Positions 28,689-39,514 are shown, counted from the first letter of the stretch. The stretch is 64,000 bases of DNA from Candidatus Woesearchaeota archaeon (GCA_013329045.1 DUKZ01000004.1:14171-78170); one strand, 5' to 3'. The notes: generated by a model from the letters alone, not told the origin. A program made the numbers and translations.

Positions 28689-29675
28689 TCACACTGGGCA
28701 TGCTGGCTCTGATTCATAAATCGAATAAGAGAGGATATGCTCCTCATCAAGGTATACTGGCTCTGTGACAAAAGGAATCCTGTTAGGATATACCATATAT
28801 ACCTTATCACAGCCTCTGCACGATGGATCACCGATGCCACACGTGAAGTAGATGTAATCTGCATAGCTGACAAAGTCCTGTGAAAGGCCAAATTTCGCCG
28901 GACGGATAATTGATTCTATCCCAAAGGGGCTAGGGGAAGTGCTGCCATAATATCTTCCCAAGAATGAAGGGGCAGCAGGGTAGCTCCTATAAGTAGTATC
29001 AAGATAATGCTGAGTCACAGCAGCTCTTGTGTCCTGGCTCCAGTCAACAACAACTGATTTCTTGATCGGATGAGCCAGCCCATGAGCGCTATATAATGGA
29101 TCATCAAAGCCTTCAATTGAGATGTTTGAAGCGATAATCGACTCTTTTTGCCAGAGCCCAAGACCCGGAGATTCTGCATGGTAAGATAGCTTCCCTGTCA
29201 CAGTAATTATCCAAGGGGAGGCCTGAGAAATAGTAATGTCACTCATTGACAGATCAAGGCTAATACTGAGAAGGTCTTCTCCAATCATCCTGAGCTCATT
29301 GAATCTGGCATCAAGCGTATTGCCATCCATGATTGGATGCAGAGTTGATGAACCGGGGGCATAACCATCACGCATCATTTCAACGAGAAAAGTGGAAAAT
29401 TCCCCCTCAACATGAGTAGGGTATGGATCCTGGCCAGTCCCTTCCCTGCTGAGAATGACCTGATCATACGCCCTGAGCGCCTTGACCGCGGAGATCTCCA
29501 GATATTCTTTTGCATAGCTTTGCTCTGTTGCCGCAAGAAAATCATGCACGAGCTGGATGCGAATCTGCTGGACATCATCTACCGGAACCTGGTTATTTCG
29601 AATTGTCAACAGGAAAAATGCAGTGATAAGTATTGCTGTCAAGGTAAAGAATATGCCTTTCCTGCTCTTCCTCAT
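28689..29675 (-). CDS. Minor pilin-like protein (class III signal)
   Basis: MRKSRKG/IFFTLTAILITAFFLL; ATGA overlap with the upstream gene. Confidence 0.75.
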   Translation of the reverse strand: MRKSRKGIFFTLTAILITAFFLLTIRNNQVPVDDVQQIRIQLVHDFLAATEQSYAKEYLEISAVKALRAYDQVILSREGTGQDPYPTHVEGEFSTFLVEMMRDGYAPGSSTLHPIMDGNTLDARFNELRMIGEDLLSISLDLSMSDITISQASPWIITVTGKLSYHAESPGLGLWQKESIIASNISIEGFDDPLYSAHGLAHPIKKSVVVDWSQDTRAAVTQHYLDTTYRSYPAAPSFLGRYYGSTSPSPFGIESIIRPAKFGLSQDFVSYADYIYFTCGIGDPSCRGCDKVYMVYPNRIPFVTEPVYLDEEHILSYSIYESEPACPV

Positions 29676-30244
29676 TTCTCCCATACAAACACCTTCATGA
29701 TATATGGCCCGATGATGTCCTGGTTCTGATAGTCAGCAATCACGATCTGAGAAGACACGATCACCTGCTGGCTCTTGCTATATGATCCTTCCACGCCTTC
29801 GCTAGAATAGATGAAAAGAGGGTCAGCATACACGACCTCATCGTTTTCTTCATTGCTCTCTATATGCGCTTCCTGGAAATAGAGCTCTACCCCATATGTG
29901 GGGTTGCTTATCTGGCTCATGACATCATCCACAAGGAACGCCATATCCTCTTTGCATTCTGGACAAGACCCCTCGTCAAACAGGAACTGCCAAATACCCA
30001 GCTGCTGGGCAATGGTGTGCTGCTGGTCGCTTATCTTCCCATCTAGTACCATCTGATGCTTCACATCAGAGTTATATTTTATCAAGTCAGTACCAAGGAA
30101 CGTGAGCAGATCCTGTGCATATGACTGGGACTGCACTGAGGATGGAGCAGAGATATAATTAGTAAAAATGAGGGATATCCCGACAAGCAGGATGGTGACT
30201 CCAAAGAGCATGTCTAGCACGAAGAAATATCCTTTCTTTCCCAT
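29672..30244 (-). CDS. Minor pilin-like protein (class III signal)
   Basis: MGKKG/YFFVLDMLFGVTILLVG; C-terminus IGPYIMKVFVW. Confidence 0.75.
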   Translation of the reverse strand: MGKKGYFFVLDMLFGVTILLVGISLIFTNYISAPSSVQSQSYAQDLLTFLGTDLIKYNSDVKHQMVLDGKISDQQHTIAQQLGIWQFLFDEGSCPECKEDMAFLVDDVMSQISNPTYGVELYFQEAHIESNEENDEVVYADPLFIYSSEGVEGSYSKSQQVIVSSQIVIADYQNQDIIGPYIMKVFVWEK

Positions 30245-33200
30245 CAGGGACCCTCATAGCTGACAATGACCAATTCCACTGGCTTGCCTTTACGATAAAC
30301 AACTTGTTTTTTGGTGATTAGATGAGGAATATCATTGAGGGTGAGGTCAATTTTATACAAATCCTTTTGAACAAGTGGCCCAGTGCAGCATTCCACAATA
30401 CTGCCATTTGACTCCATCTCAAAGCCTTGCAGCTGTTCATCACATAGGCTTTGGGCTGCTGGCGTTGCAAACTGGCAGCTGCTTTGTCCCTGGCACTCAG
30501 CATGGCAGATATCATCTGTTGCGAACGTGCAGTCAGGCTGGCATTCATAGCCAACAGGGGGGCCAATCTCCCAGCAAATCTCATCTCCCGAAAGCACCTT
30601 TGAAAATATCTTTACCTGGTCCAGGGAAGCATTCGCGCTCTTTGTCCCTTCATGAGTAGACCCAATGCTCAAGAAACTGTCGATTGCTGACATGGAGAGT
30701 GATGCTGGAGAGATTTCTGCTTCCAGGTTGCAATCAATGTAGAGTTTGATAGCATCATTCTCTGTGTCCCAAGTGAGGGCGATATGAGACCATACTTCAC
30801 TATCCCAGGGAACTGCTGCCTGGAGGGTATTGCCATCCACCTCCGCTAACACCAGATCATTTTTCTGCCAAATTCTGACTGCAGCAGCACTATCCTCATC
30901 AAATAGGTATTTCTCGTCAAGCCCTATGCTGCCGGGCTTGACAAACATCATGATGGTGCCTTGAGACTGATTCATGTTCAAGCCTGTCTTATATCGCAGC
31001 GTATCGTTTCCATCCATCTGGATGGCCCTGCCAACCCGTCCACCTCCCTGAGTGATATCCTGCTGGGTTGTCATGTTATAGAGCGGCCATTCCCCGCCCA
31101 TCCCGACAAGAGGCCAAGTTGTGCTCTCAAAAGGAAGAATAAGGTCGTCTGGAGAGGAATCATTGTAGTCCAGATAAAACAAGTTACTGGAGGTAAGAGG
31201 CCCTGATTCTGTCTCGATTACCAGCCCGCCTGCATCAATGAAAGAGACGGTCACATTATACATCCCCGGATACAGTGCCATCTTATATTGGACAATGTTG
31301 AATAGCTCTGCCAGCGAGAGGGTCTCATTTGGCTGGATGGTCCGCTCGCTTGCCTCTAGCAAGGGAACATCAATTGCGAAATCATGGAAATTCCGATCGA
31401 CCTCAACTTTTAACCTTCCCGTCAGGTTCACATTGCCAACATTTGTGATAATAGAATCAGGGGTGAAGGCTATTGGCTCATTGAAGAGGAAGAGATCACT
31501 TGTTGTATTGAGGAAGATCTGCGCCTTTGGGTGAGGGCTTTTCCAATACTCATCGCAAATATCCCCTTCTGTGAGCCTTGACCCAAATATCTTGAGCTCA
31601 TCGATTGCAACCAAGGCAGGATTCAATCCATCATCCGTGTTGCCTATTGTCATCTCCTGACTCAAGGACAGGGAAGATGCTGGTGAAGTGGTATGATTCT
31701 CAGATAAGCAGTCGATGACGAGCTGATATTCCCCAATGCCCACATCATATGATGCTGCCACATGATGCCAGTACCCCATAGGGTTGCTGAGCGGCTGGGA
31801 CAGGATGATAGTTCCATCCTTGATAAGGTTCACTTTGCCATTTGAAGCAGTGATGCCTAGATTATTTTCTTCATCGAGGACCATAGAAAATAGCCCGCAC
31901 TCAGGGCATGCTGATGTAGAGTTCCATGAGGGAAGCATGTAAAACATGATCGTTCCTGCCGCATCATCCAGATTCTTTATCCGATCATCGATCAGGTTGA
32001 TATCAAGGGTTCCTGGGCCTGCCGACGTGATGAACTCTTTGCCCATAAAATAGGGTATTGTTGCGCCTGGGGAACCTGAATCAATCATTACATCTGCAAA
32101 TCTGCCAGCGTCTCCTATTTCGATATCAAACCCCTTTGGGGAAGATGCTTGGAATGAATAAGAGAATGACTTGTTCATAGGGAACCATACATCATTATCT
32201 GAACCTGTCAGCGTTTGCGCGCCGATGTTTATAACATCTCCGGGGCCAAGATTCATTGGCCGGATGCGAAAGGCGCCCGCCCGCCTCAGCAGGAGAGAAC
32301 CATCAAAAGTATCAACACCCATCGCTTGTCCCCTGATGCTGAGGAGCAAAGAATAATTTCCCTCAGAATCCTGCATATACTCTGAACGTCTCAGGGTCAT
32401 CATCGTCCCGTTGGCATTGAGAAGAGCATCGCCCCTTGTGGGATATGAAAGAGATGAGGAACCATCAAACAAGACAGATTGCCCAACTTTGCCATGCTGG
32501 TATTGGATAAGAGAATCCAGCCAAGCATATTCACCTGCATTTCCCCTCGTTGTACCTTCAAATGGAACATCCAGAAGGATAGTCTGCCAGCAGTCATTAT
32601 CAGTGATCTCATCACACCCAACCGGGCAGATGGTGTCATTATCAATGCACGCTGCCGGACCAGGCTGACCACAGTCATTGTCAGTTGCTGCATCACACCC
32701 AACCGGGCACTCACTATCATCAGAAACGCAAGGTGGGATCAACCCGCAATCCATATCCATGTTCTCATTGCACATGATCGGGCAGCGATAGTCAATTGCT
32801 TCATTGGTGCATACCGGCCAGCTGCAATCAACATCAACGGTTGAATCACATCCTTCCAGGCAAAGTCCATCTGCAAACGTGCCAGAACACTGATCAGGGA
32901 GGCAATCATTATCCAACCGGGTATTGCACCAGATCGGGCAGAGATCATCATTATCAGCACATATGGGACCTTTGCAATCAACTTCACTCATTGAAGTGCA
33001 GGAAGGGGTACACACATTGTCTGGAGTCATACCGGAACAGGAGAACAAGCAATCATCATCCATCGCATCATTGCAGCCAAGAGGGCATGAGTCATCACCA
33101 CTAATACAGGAAGCCTCAGTGGTATAAAGCGATTTTACTTCGCTTGCATCAAGTGCACGCCTCATAATCAGGACCTGGTCGATGAGTCCTGTAAAAGGGG

Positions 33201-35346
33201 ATGATAAAGAATTATCAGCACCGATCGTGAGCTGCCCACCTGCCAGGGCATAGATACCAGAGACTGTTTGAGAGAGCAGAGGCTCGCCATTGACAAAGAA
33301 CCAAGACTCATTTTTCTCCTGATCATATGTATACGCGACCATGGTCCATACACCCATCGGGATGACTCCCTGCCCGGTCTGGAACATGCTCTCAGAGAGT
33401 CCTGGTTGATTCATCCGAAGAGAGCCATCAACCAGCAAAGAAAGCCTCCAGGAGCCATCAAGATCGATGAGAACCTGGTCTGCTTGCATGAGCGGTTTTA
33501 TCCAAAGTTTTATTGTGGCAGAGCCAAGCTCAAGGCTCCTCTCATAAGGAATGGTGATATGGTCACCAGCAGACAATCCGATGCCAGCGAGCAGCTGGCC
33601 TTTTGCCCTTCCCCCAACAAGGTCGCCATGATTCTCATAAGGAGAATGATCCTGGACAAAGCTGCCAGGGTCAGTACATTCATAAAAACCAGTCTCAAAC
33701 GATAAGTCTCCGATCGTCACCGGCTCATTGATAAATGAGCATGAACCCTCCTCCAGAGGCATATCAAGCACGGTATGAGAATAGCAATCATTGTCTGTGA
33801 GCTCTGTGCAGCCAATCGGACAGACCCCATCAAAATCCTGGCAGGGCTCATCCCTCATTATACAATCAATATCATTGCTCTCATCACAGCAGGCTGGACA
33901 GGTATCATCTGATAATATACCAGAACAACTGCCTGGCATGCAATCATTATCATTCCCTGCAGTGCAGCCAATCGGGCAGATATGATCATTATTGACGCAT
34001 GCAGGCGCATCACAGTCTGCATCATTTGAGGACGTGCAGCCAGGATTGCAAACAGCATCCTTTATTATCCCGGAGCAACTATCAGGAAGAGCGCAATCGT
34101 AATCATTGCCTGCATGATACCCTATTGGACAAAACAAGTCACCTGGAGGGCAGGAGGATTGAGCGCAATCAATATCATTCGTGCTATCACATCCAGCAGG
34201 GCAAAGATCATCTGAGATAATTCCAGAACACTCACCTGGCGCGCAATCATTATCGGTCCCTGCATTGCAGCCGATTGGACAAAGAAAATCATCATCAACA
34301 CATCCCCTCTCCCTGCAGTCAATATCGTTTGAGGGGGTGCAGGCGAGCGGACAATTATTGTCAGATATCACCCCAGAACAATCACTGGGATCACAGTCTG
34401 GATCATTCATGATCGAGCATGTTACCGGACAATTGTTATCAGGGAGACATTCTGGCGGCGGGCAATCCAGATCAGCTGAAAAATCACATGACGCAGGACA
34501 GATCCCATCACGCCAGGGGCCAGAACAGGAAGTATCACAATCTGGATCAAAGGAAAAACAATCCCTGCATTCAAAGTCAACATCGCCGCAGCAGCCAGGA
34601 GTGGAGGCTTGAGCGCATAAGCTCGGACGGCAATCAATGTCGTTGTTTGCAGTGCACGCAGCTGGGCAATTCCCATCCGCGGAGACATTATTGCAGGCCC
34701 AGACACAATCGACATCATTTTGGACAGAGCACCAAGGGGGGCAGATACCATCATTTGTTGATGAGCAGGGGGGAGGGCCCATGCAATCAGGATCGTTTGG
34801 CGCATTACAGCCAATCTGACAGATACCATCATCAAAGCAATTTCTTGCTGAGCTCAGAGAAGTTTGATAGACGCAGACAAACCCGAGGCAAAGAGAAGGA
34901 AGACCTGACTGGTTGAACACACCAACAGGCTCATAGCCCATGCTAAAGACTATGTTTACTGAATCTGTTTGGTTTTGAAAGAGGAGAAGGTTTGGAGAAT
35001 AATATTCCGTCGGGAGAATAGGAAGATTTAGGTGCTGGGGTCCTGGCGGCGAAGATCCCTGCTGCTGTCCGCTCAGATAACAAACACCACCAAGGCAAAT
35101 CTCATACTGGCCAGCCTGGCCCTGCCCGACTATATCCTCCGTGATAACCTGGAGGAGAGGCGTGGATCCCTGAGAGAGTGATGTTGTTTCACTCTGTTTT
35201 TGTCCAATTTTTCCAAAAACACCAGAAGGAAAAGCGCTCTGTGAGATCACAGCACTCTCTGTTTGCGGCAGGGAAAATCCCTGAGGGAGAAGAAGGATAA
35301 CAATAACGTAGAGTACTAAGACTGCTTGAAACCCCTTTTTATACAT
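30244..35346 (-). CDS. Giant secreted adhesin: many D..CP..C....D.DC Cys/Asp repeats and three LamG-like domains
   Basis: Signal peptide; more than 20 Cys-Asp repeats; WTMVAYTYD..IDQVLI, WHHVAASYD..IDELKI, WSHIALTWD..LDQVKI. Confidence 0.85.
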   Translation of the reverse strand: MYKKGFQAVLVLYVIVILLLPQGFSLPQTESAVISQSAFPSGVFGKIGQKQSETTSLSQGSTPLLQVITEDIVGQGQAGQYEICLGGVCYLSGQQQGSSPPGPQHLNLPILPTEYYSPNLLLFQNQTDSVNIVFSMGYEPVGVFNQSGLPSLCLGFVCVYQTSLSSARNCFDDGICQIGCNAPNDPDCMGPPPCSSTNDGICPPWCSVQNDVDCVWACNNVSADGNCPAACTANNDIDCRPSLCAQASTPGCCGDVDFECRDCFSFDPDCDTSCSGPWRDGICPASCDFSADLDCPPPECLPDNNCPVTCSIMNDPDCDPSDCSGVISDNNCPLACTPSNDIDCRERGCVDDDFLCPIGCNAGTDNDCAPGECSGIISDDLCPAGCDSTNDIDCAQSSCPPGDLFCPIGYHAGNDYDCALPDSCSGIIKDAVCNPGCTSSNDADCDAPACVNNDHICPIGCTAGNDNDCMPGSCSGILSDDTCPACCDESNDIDCIMRDEPCQDFDGVCPIGCTELTDNDCYSHTVLDMPLEEGSCSFINEPVTIGDLSFETGFYECTDPGSFVQDHSPYENHGDLVGGRAKGQLLAGIGLSAGDHITIPYERSLELGSATIKLWIKPLMQADQVLIDLDGSWRLSLLVDGSLRMNQPGLSESMFQTGQGVIPMGVWTMVAYTYDQEKNESWFFVNGEPLLSQTVSGIYALAGGQLTIGADNSLSSPFTGLIDQVLIMRRALDASEVKSLYTTEASCISGDDSCPLGCNDAMDDDCLFSCSGMTPDNVCTPSCTSMSEVDCKGPICADNDDLCPIWCNTRLDNDCLPDQCSGTFADGLCLEGCDSTVDVDCSWPVCTNEAIDYRCPIMCNENMDMDCGLIPPCVSDDSECPVGCDAATDNDCGQPGPAACIDNDTICPVGCDEITDNDCWQTILLDVPFEGTTRGNAGEYAWLDSLIQYQHGKVGQSVLFDGSSSLSYPTRGDALLNANGTMMTLRRSEYMQDSEGNYSLLLSIRGQAMGVDTFDGSLLLRRAGAFRIRPMNLGPGDVINIGAQTLTGSDNDVWFPMNKSFSYSFQASSPKGFDIEIGDAGRFADVMIDSGSPGATIPYFMGKEFITSAGPGTLDINLIDDRIKNLDDAAGTIMFYMLPSWNSTSACPECGLFSMVLDEENNLGITASNGKVNLIKDGTIILSQPLSNPMGYWHHVAASYDVGIGEYQLVIDCLSENHTTSPASSLSLSQEMTIGNTDDGLNPALVAIDELKIFGSRLTEGDICDEYWKSPHPKAQIFLNTTSDLFLFNEPIAFTPDSIITNVGNVNLTGRLKVEVDRNFHDFAIDVPLLEASERTIQPNETLSLAELFNIVQYKMALYPGMYNVTVSFIDAGGLVIETESGPLTSSNLFYLDYNDSSPDDLILPFESTTWPLVGMGGEWPLYNMTTQQDITQGGGRVGRAIQMDGNDTLRYKTGLNMNQSQGTIMMFVKPGSIGLDEKYLFDEDSAAAVRIWQKNDLVLAEVDGNTLQAAVPWDSEVWSHIALTWDTENDAIKLYIDCNLEAEISPASLSMSAIDSFLSIGSTHEGTKSANASLDQVKIFSKVLSGDEICWEIGPPVGYECQPDCTFATDDICHAECQGQSSCQFATPAAQSLCDEQLQGFEMESNGSIVECCTGPLVQKDLYKIDLTLNDIPHLITKKQVVYRKGKPVELVIVSYEGP

Positions 35347-35460
35347 TTTCCGAGAAACAACAGGATTTAAGGTTTAAAAAGTTATGGATTTTCTCTGATA
35401 CCTCTGCCTGCTTATCATCATGTCGTTTTTGCTCGTCAAAAATCAGGATTTTTAAGAATC

Positions 35461-35557
35461 TTTTATTCCTTCAGGATTATACCTAAAGAAACAGGAATTT
35501 TTTATCCCTTCAGAATTATACTTTCAGAAAAAGGAATTTTTTATTCCTTCAGTATCC
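35461..35557. repeat. ~40-bp tandem repeat (2.4 copies) including the 3' end of the adjacent gene
   Basis: TTTTATTCCTTCAGGATTATACCTAAAGAAACAGGAATTT / TTTATCCCTTCAGAATTATACTTTCAGAAAAAGGAATTTT / TTATTCCTTCAGTAT. Confidence 0.75.
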
Positions 35558-35873
35558 TATTGACCTTTCTGATCAGTTTTTCATACTTATCCATGACAGG
35601 AGCTGCTTTTTGCTGAAGCCTCACACCGAGAAAAATGACAACGAGCATCAAGATAAAGCAGATGGCAAGGAGAACATTATTCGCTTTTTTTAATGCTACA
35701 ACCTCAGGATTTTCAGTCTGGACAGATCTTGTGATTACTGCCTGCTGTGAGAGCGGAACCTGTCTTGGCTGGGAGACAGTATTACTGGGATCATAGACAA
35801 TCCTCTCGTATGCATGCACCATGAAGAATGTCGTCAAGAACACTACTAAGAGAATCACCAGTTTTTTCCTCAT
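35541..35873 (-). CDS. Small membrane protein
   Basis: N-terminal signal or TM plus a second TM. Confidence 0.65.
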   Translation of the reverse strand: MRKKLVILLVVFLTTFFMVHAYERIVYDPSNTVSQPRQVPLSQQAVITRSVQTENPEVVALKKANNVLLAICFILMLVVIFLGVRLQQKAAPVMDKYEKLIRKVNRILKE

Positions 35874-35923
35874 ATGTTATCTAGAGATAGAGAGTATTTA
35901 AGTGTTTCGGGATAACAGAAAAA

Positions 35924-36505
35924 TTATTTGTGTTTGATATTTGAGAGCCGCAAGAGGAGGAGGATGATGACGAGGCCAAAGACAAAGTTCATCACGGGAA
36001 AGAAGGGAAAAGATTGCTTTGGGATGCATTTAAAATTACTGCATGCTGCAGATTGGCCGCATGTCGCATTCTGGACACATTCCACTTCGGTGAGAGGCAT
36101 GACCACCAATGACCTTGGAGACTGGTCACAACTAATCTTGCCATCCACAAGAGCGCAGAATTGGTAATATAATGTAGAGCCTCTTGTTGGCGGAGGAACG
36201 ATCCCCTTTAATTGAGCATCTGCAGTCTGCTCTGGAGGAATGATCCCCTCAACCTGGTCACCGGCAAGCAAGATATTTGCAGTATCCATGATGAACATGC
36301 CAGAGATGTTGATTGGCGAATCATCAAGGTTTGAAATTTGCACATTCCAGATGATGGGGGCGGATTCGACACAAAGGTTTTCAGTGATATTCGCTGAACA
36401 CTGAGCAATAACCGTTGCCTGGAATGGCGGTTGGTTTGCAGATTGGCCCAGGACAACACTTACCATTCCCAAAAAGACCATGATCAAAAGAAACTTTTTT
36501 ACCAT
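35924..36505 (-). CDS. Secreted, C-terminally anchored Ig-like protein
   Basis: Signal peptide, beta-rich core, small Cys knot, C-terminal TM with a basic tail. Confidence 0.7.
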   Translation of the reverse strand: MVKKFLLIMVFLGMVSVVLGQSANQPPFQATVIAQCSANITENLCVESAPIIWNVQISNLDDSPINISGMFIMDTANILLAGDQVEGIIPPEQTADAQLKGIVPPPTRGSTLYYQFCALVDGKISCDQSPRSLVVMPLTEVECVQNATCGQSAACSNFKCIPKQSFPFFPVMNFVFGLVIILLLLRLSNIKHK

Positions 36506-36551
36506 GCTAACCCCAGCAGTTTTGGGCGGTGGTAGTTTAAATAATTATTGG

Positions 36552-39440
36552 TTATCTGCCAATAAAAATGCGGCCATCACTCAACAAGAGACCGATATAC
36601 TGGCCATCGACCGTTGAGACGACCCGGCCATTGAGCACTGCCTGTTCTAAATTTGCATCAACCTGTCCAAGAAGGCTCACGAGCGTGTGGGTCTTTTCCA
36701 TATCTGCATCATCCTCTGCAAGACGATTGCCGACAATACCTGGCGAGGAAGCATGGATGCCAAGGAACTTGTCTCCTGATTGGAATTTTCTCACTTTTCC
36801 CGTTGCAAGGTTTATACCGATACTGTCACCGGGCACAGAGGGCTCCTCTTTCTCAAACCATTCTGCATAATCAGCATCAGTTGTCTGCCAGCCACCAGAG
36901 GAATATGCACGTCCCCGAACATCCAGCTTATCATTGCCAGGAGCAGCTGTCCCGATCCCAACATTTGCTCCAGGAGCTGCGCTCACAAACACTCCTATCG
37001 TGTCACCATTGTTTGTGATGGCCAGACCAGTATCAGTCCCATAGGGCCTTATCCTGATGAAATTTGGCAGGTCTGAATCTGTACCAATAAGCAATTTGTG
37101 GTTGTGCAGTGTATCTTCGAGAAGCAACAATGCATCCCCTTGTCCAGCAGGGGAGGAAACAGTGAGCTTTGCCCCAGGCGAGGTTGTCCCAACACCCATA
37201 TTCCCCTGCCTGGTCACAAACACAAGATCATTCCACCCGGTTCCAGCATCATTGCTTCCCTGGATAGCAAAGCCATCACGATTCTCATCCCCTGACCGGA
37301 TGGCCATCTTATTGACCCCTGCTCCTGCAGAGTCTTTGTCTTTTAGGATTATCCTTGGCAGGGCCGTTTCAATGATGAAGCTTTCTCCCCGGTAGGTGAT
37401 ATTATCAGCAGTAATATGGAGGAGGGCTTTTGGAGATGGCGTGCCAATCCCTACCGCGCCACTCTCGTTAAACCTCACTGCCAATTTTAAGGGGGCGTTA
37501 GGGTCATTCTCTTTTGTATAAAAATCTAGGTTTCCTCCTGTACCTTCACTATACCCCTGCAGCACTATTTTTGTACTAACAATATTTGGGTTGGATCTTT
37601 TCACAAGACGAATCTCAGCATCATCCGACCCTGCCGGTTCTGTCTGGCTGATATAAAGAAGATTGAAGGGATGCTGTGACATAACGATTGATCCATTGAC
37701 ATCAAAGGGAGAAAGCGGCGTTGTTGTTCCAATACCGACATTACCTAAAGAATCAATGCGAACCCTCTCCCCCGAATTAGTAAAAAATCCCATAGACTGA
37801 GAAACCGGAGCAGAAATAAACACACCAACAGAAGAGTTACCCTGCTGAACAGCAGAAAAACCAAAAACACGATCAGTGAGAACAGCACCACCCTTCACAT
37901 CAAGCTTTGCTGAAGGAGAAGACGTGCCAATACCTACATTACCGCTTGTTGTATTCAATACAAGACCCCACCCGGCACCATTAATCCCATAAAGACCAAG
38001 ATTGTTCTCATTCGTCAAACCAACAAACCCCTGACCATGCGCCTCACCTTGAGTCTTGGCAAACCACAATCCAGCAGTACTATCAGAACCCTCAGTAATC
38101 CGAGACCTACCCACAACATCCAAGGCAAAACCAGGAGTAGATCGCTTAATACCAACATTGCCACCAGTATAATAAATCGCACCGGCCGGGCTTGCCGACT
38201 GATTCCATACCTGAAGAGGAAGAGCATTCAGGCAATTACCAGAACCATCACAGATAGCACCCGAAGACCTGAAATCCCCACCGATAGTAAGATTGCCTTT
38301 ATGCCACGCATTGCCGTTTGACTGGAAATAATGAGTCTTTTCACCTGGGCCAAGACATCCACCAGGAGCTGCGCAGTTATTCCCCCAAATCTCAAAAGAC
38401 TCATTATTATTATCCTCAATATGCAACTGGAGAGCATTAGTATCATCCCCACTATTTGTTTTCAACAAGTAATACGGATCAGACTGGGCATCACCCGTCG
38501 AATCAAAAAAAGATATCCTGCCACCCCAAAGGGAAAGATCACCACCTACAGTCAGACGCGCATTAGGAACAGGGGTGCCAATACCAACATTGCCACCAGT
38601 ATAATAAATCGCACCAGCCGGGCTTGCTGACTGATTCCATAAAGAGGTGGTATCACCAACACACCTTCCAGACCCATCACAGATGAGTCCTGTCGCATTA
38701 ATGCTTCCCCTTCCCAGGATGTTCCCGTTCACATCAAGGCGCTCGCCAGGTGTCGAGAGGCCAATGCCCACAAACCCATCATTATAATATATTTGGGAAT
38801 TGTTCATGGCGCTCTTGTTCCACATCGCGCTTGTTGCAGGTATGATTGTACTGATGCATTTTCCAGAACCATCACAGACAGTTCCTCCCGCCTGCACATT
38901 GCCAATGACATTCAGGTTGCCGGCCATCGAAGCATCAAGCTGGACGGAGAGGCCTTTTGTTGCAATGCCACCGCCACAGGCAAGGAAGTTTTGTGAGAAC
39001 AACTGTTGTTCAACATCTCCTCCTGCGGTGAGGAGCGAAATGATGATCGTGTAGTTCTGGCCGCACGTGAGATCCGAAGGAACGAGTGAGTTGAAGATGC
39101 CTGCGTTGACTGGAATATCTGATGAAGCAATGGGGGTTCCTGCCTGGTCCCCGATGATGACTCTTAAGTTTCTGTTGTTCATCAGGTTCCCTGCAGCATC
39201 ACGGACAATGCCCTGGATGGTTAATTCCTGTACAGTTAGAAGAGAGGTATGCTCATTGGCAGCGAGCGAAGGATTGTTGATTGCCGCGATCCTGCCAAAA
39301 GAACCAGTTGATGGTGAAGTTGAAAATGAAGTTGTTGAAACAACATTTTGGTCTGCAATAGCTACAGGCAACAGGATCATGATAAACAGTATATAGAAGA
39401 TGGATAAGTTCAAAGCACCTTTTCTCATAGCATGTATCAT
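36552..39440 (-). CDS. Secreted tail-fibre-like protein with GNVGIGT repeats and a C-terminal peptidase G2-like intramolecular chaperone domain
   Basis: About 8 G.VGIGT..P...L.V.G repeats; DADYAEWFE...PGIVGN...VSLLGQV. Confidence 0.8.
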   Translation of the reverse strand: MIHAMRKGALNLSIFYILFIMILLPVAIADQNVVSTTSFSTSPSTGSFGRIAAINNPSLAANEHTSLLTVQELTIQGIVRDAAGNLMNNRNLRVIIGDQAGTPIASSDIPVNAGIFNSLVPSDLTCGQNYTIIISLLTAGGDVEQQLFSQNFLACGGGIATKGLSVQLDASMAGNLNVIGNVQAGGTVCDGSGKCISTIIPATSAMWNKSAMNNSQIYYNDGFVGIGLSTPGERLDVNGNILGRGSINATGLICDGSGRCVGDTTSLWNQSASPAGAIYYTGGNVGIGTPVPNARLTVGGDLSLWGGRISFFDSTGDAQSDPYYLLKTNSGDDTNALQLHIEDNNNESFEIWGNNCAAPGGCLGPGEKTHYFQSNGNAWHKGNLTIGGDFRSSGAICDGSGNCLNALPLQVWNQSASPAGAIYYTGGNVGIKRSTPGFALDVVGRSRITEGSDSTAGLWFAKTQGEAHGQGFVGLTNENNLGLYGINGAGWGLVLNTTSGNVGIGTSSPSAKLDVKGGAVLTDRVFGFSAVQQGNSSVGVFISAPVSQSMGFFTNSGERVRIDSLGNVGIGTTTPLSPFDVNGSIVMSQHPFNLLYISQTEPAGSDDAEIRLVKRSNPNIVSTKIVLQGYSEGTGGNLDFYTKENDPNAPLKLAVRFNESGAVGIGTPSPKALLHITADNITYRGESFIIETALPRIILKDKDSAGAGVNKMAIRSGDENRDGFAIQGSNDAGTGWNDLVFVTRQGNMGVGTTSPGAKLTVSSPAGQGDALLLLEDTLHNHKLLIGTDSDLPNFIRIRPYGTDTGLAITNNGDTIGVFVSAAPGANVGIGTAAPGNDKLDVRGRAYSSGGWQTTDADYAEWFEKEEPSVPGDSIGINLATGKVRKFQSGDKFLGIHASSPGIVGNRLAEDDADMEKTHTLVSLLGQVDANLEQAVLNGRVVSTVDGQYIGLLLSDGRIFIGR

Positions 39441-39514
39441 CTCTTTTAATTCTCTTTTGGATTTAGGATATTTAAAGGTGTTGGTTGGTGATTTTGGAAT
39501 TTAAACATCTCTGC

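Noticed and set aside
35461-35557. Possible mini CRISPR array
   Set aside because: Contiguous tandem units with no unique spacers, fewer than 3 full copies, and no cas genes in the window.
38148-38640. Possible DGR template/variable repeat pair
   Set aside because: Both copies are in frame within one gene. The two differences are synonymous (A/G and T/C), not adenine-restricted, and no reverse transcriptase is present.
36552-39440. Provirus suggested by the tail-fibre-like gene
   Set aside because: The gene has a signal peptide, and no capsid, terminase, portal or integrase genes are nearby.
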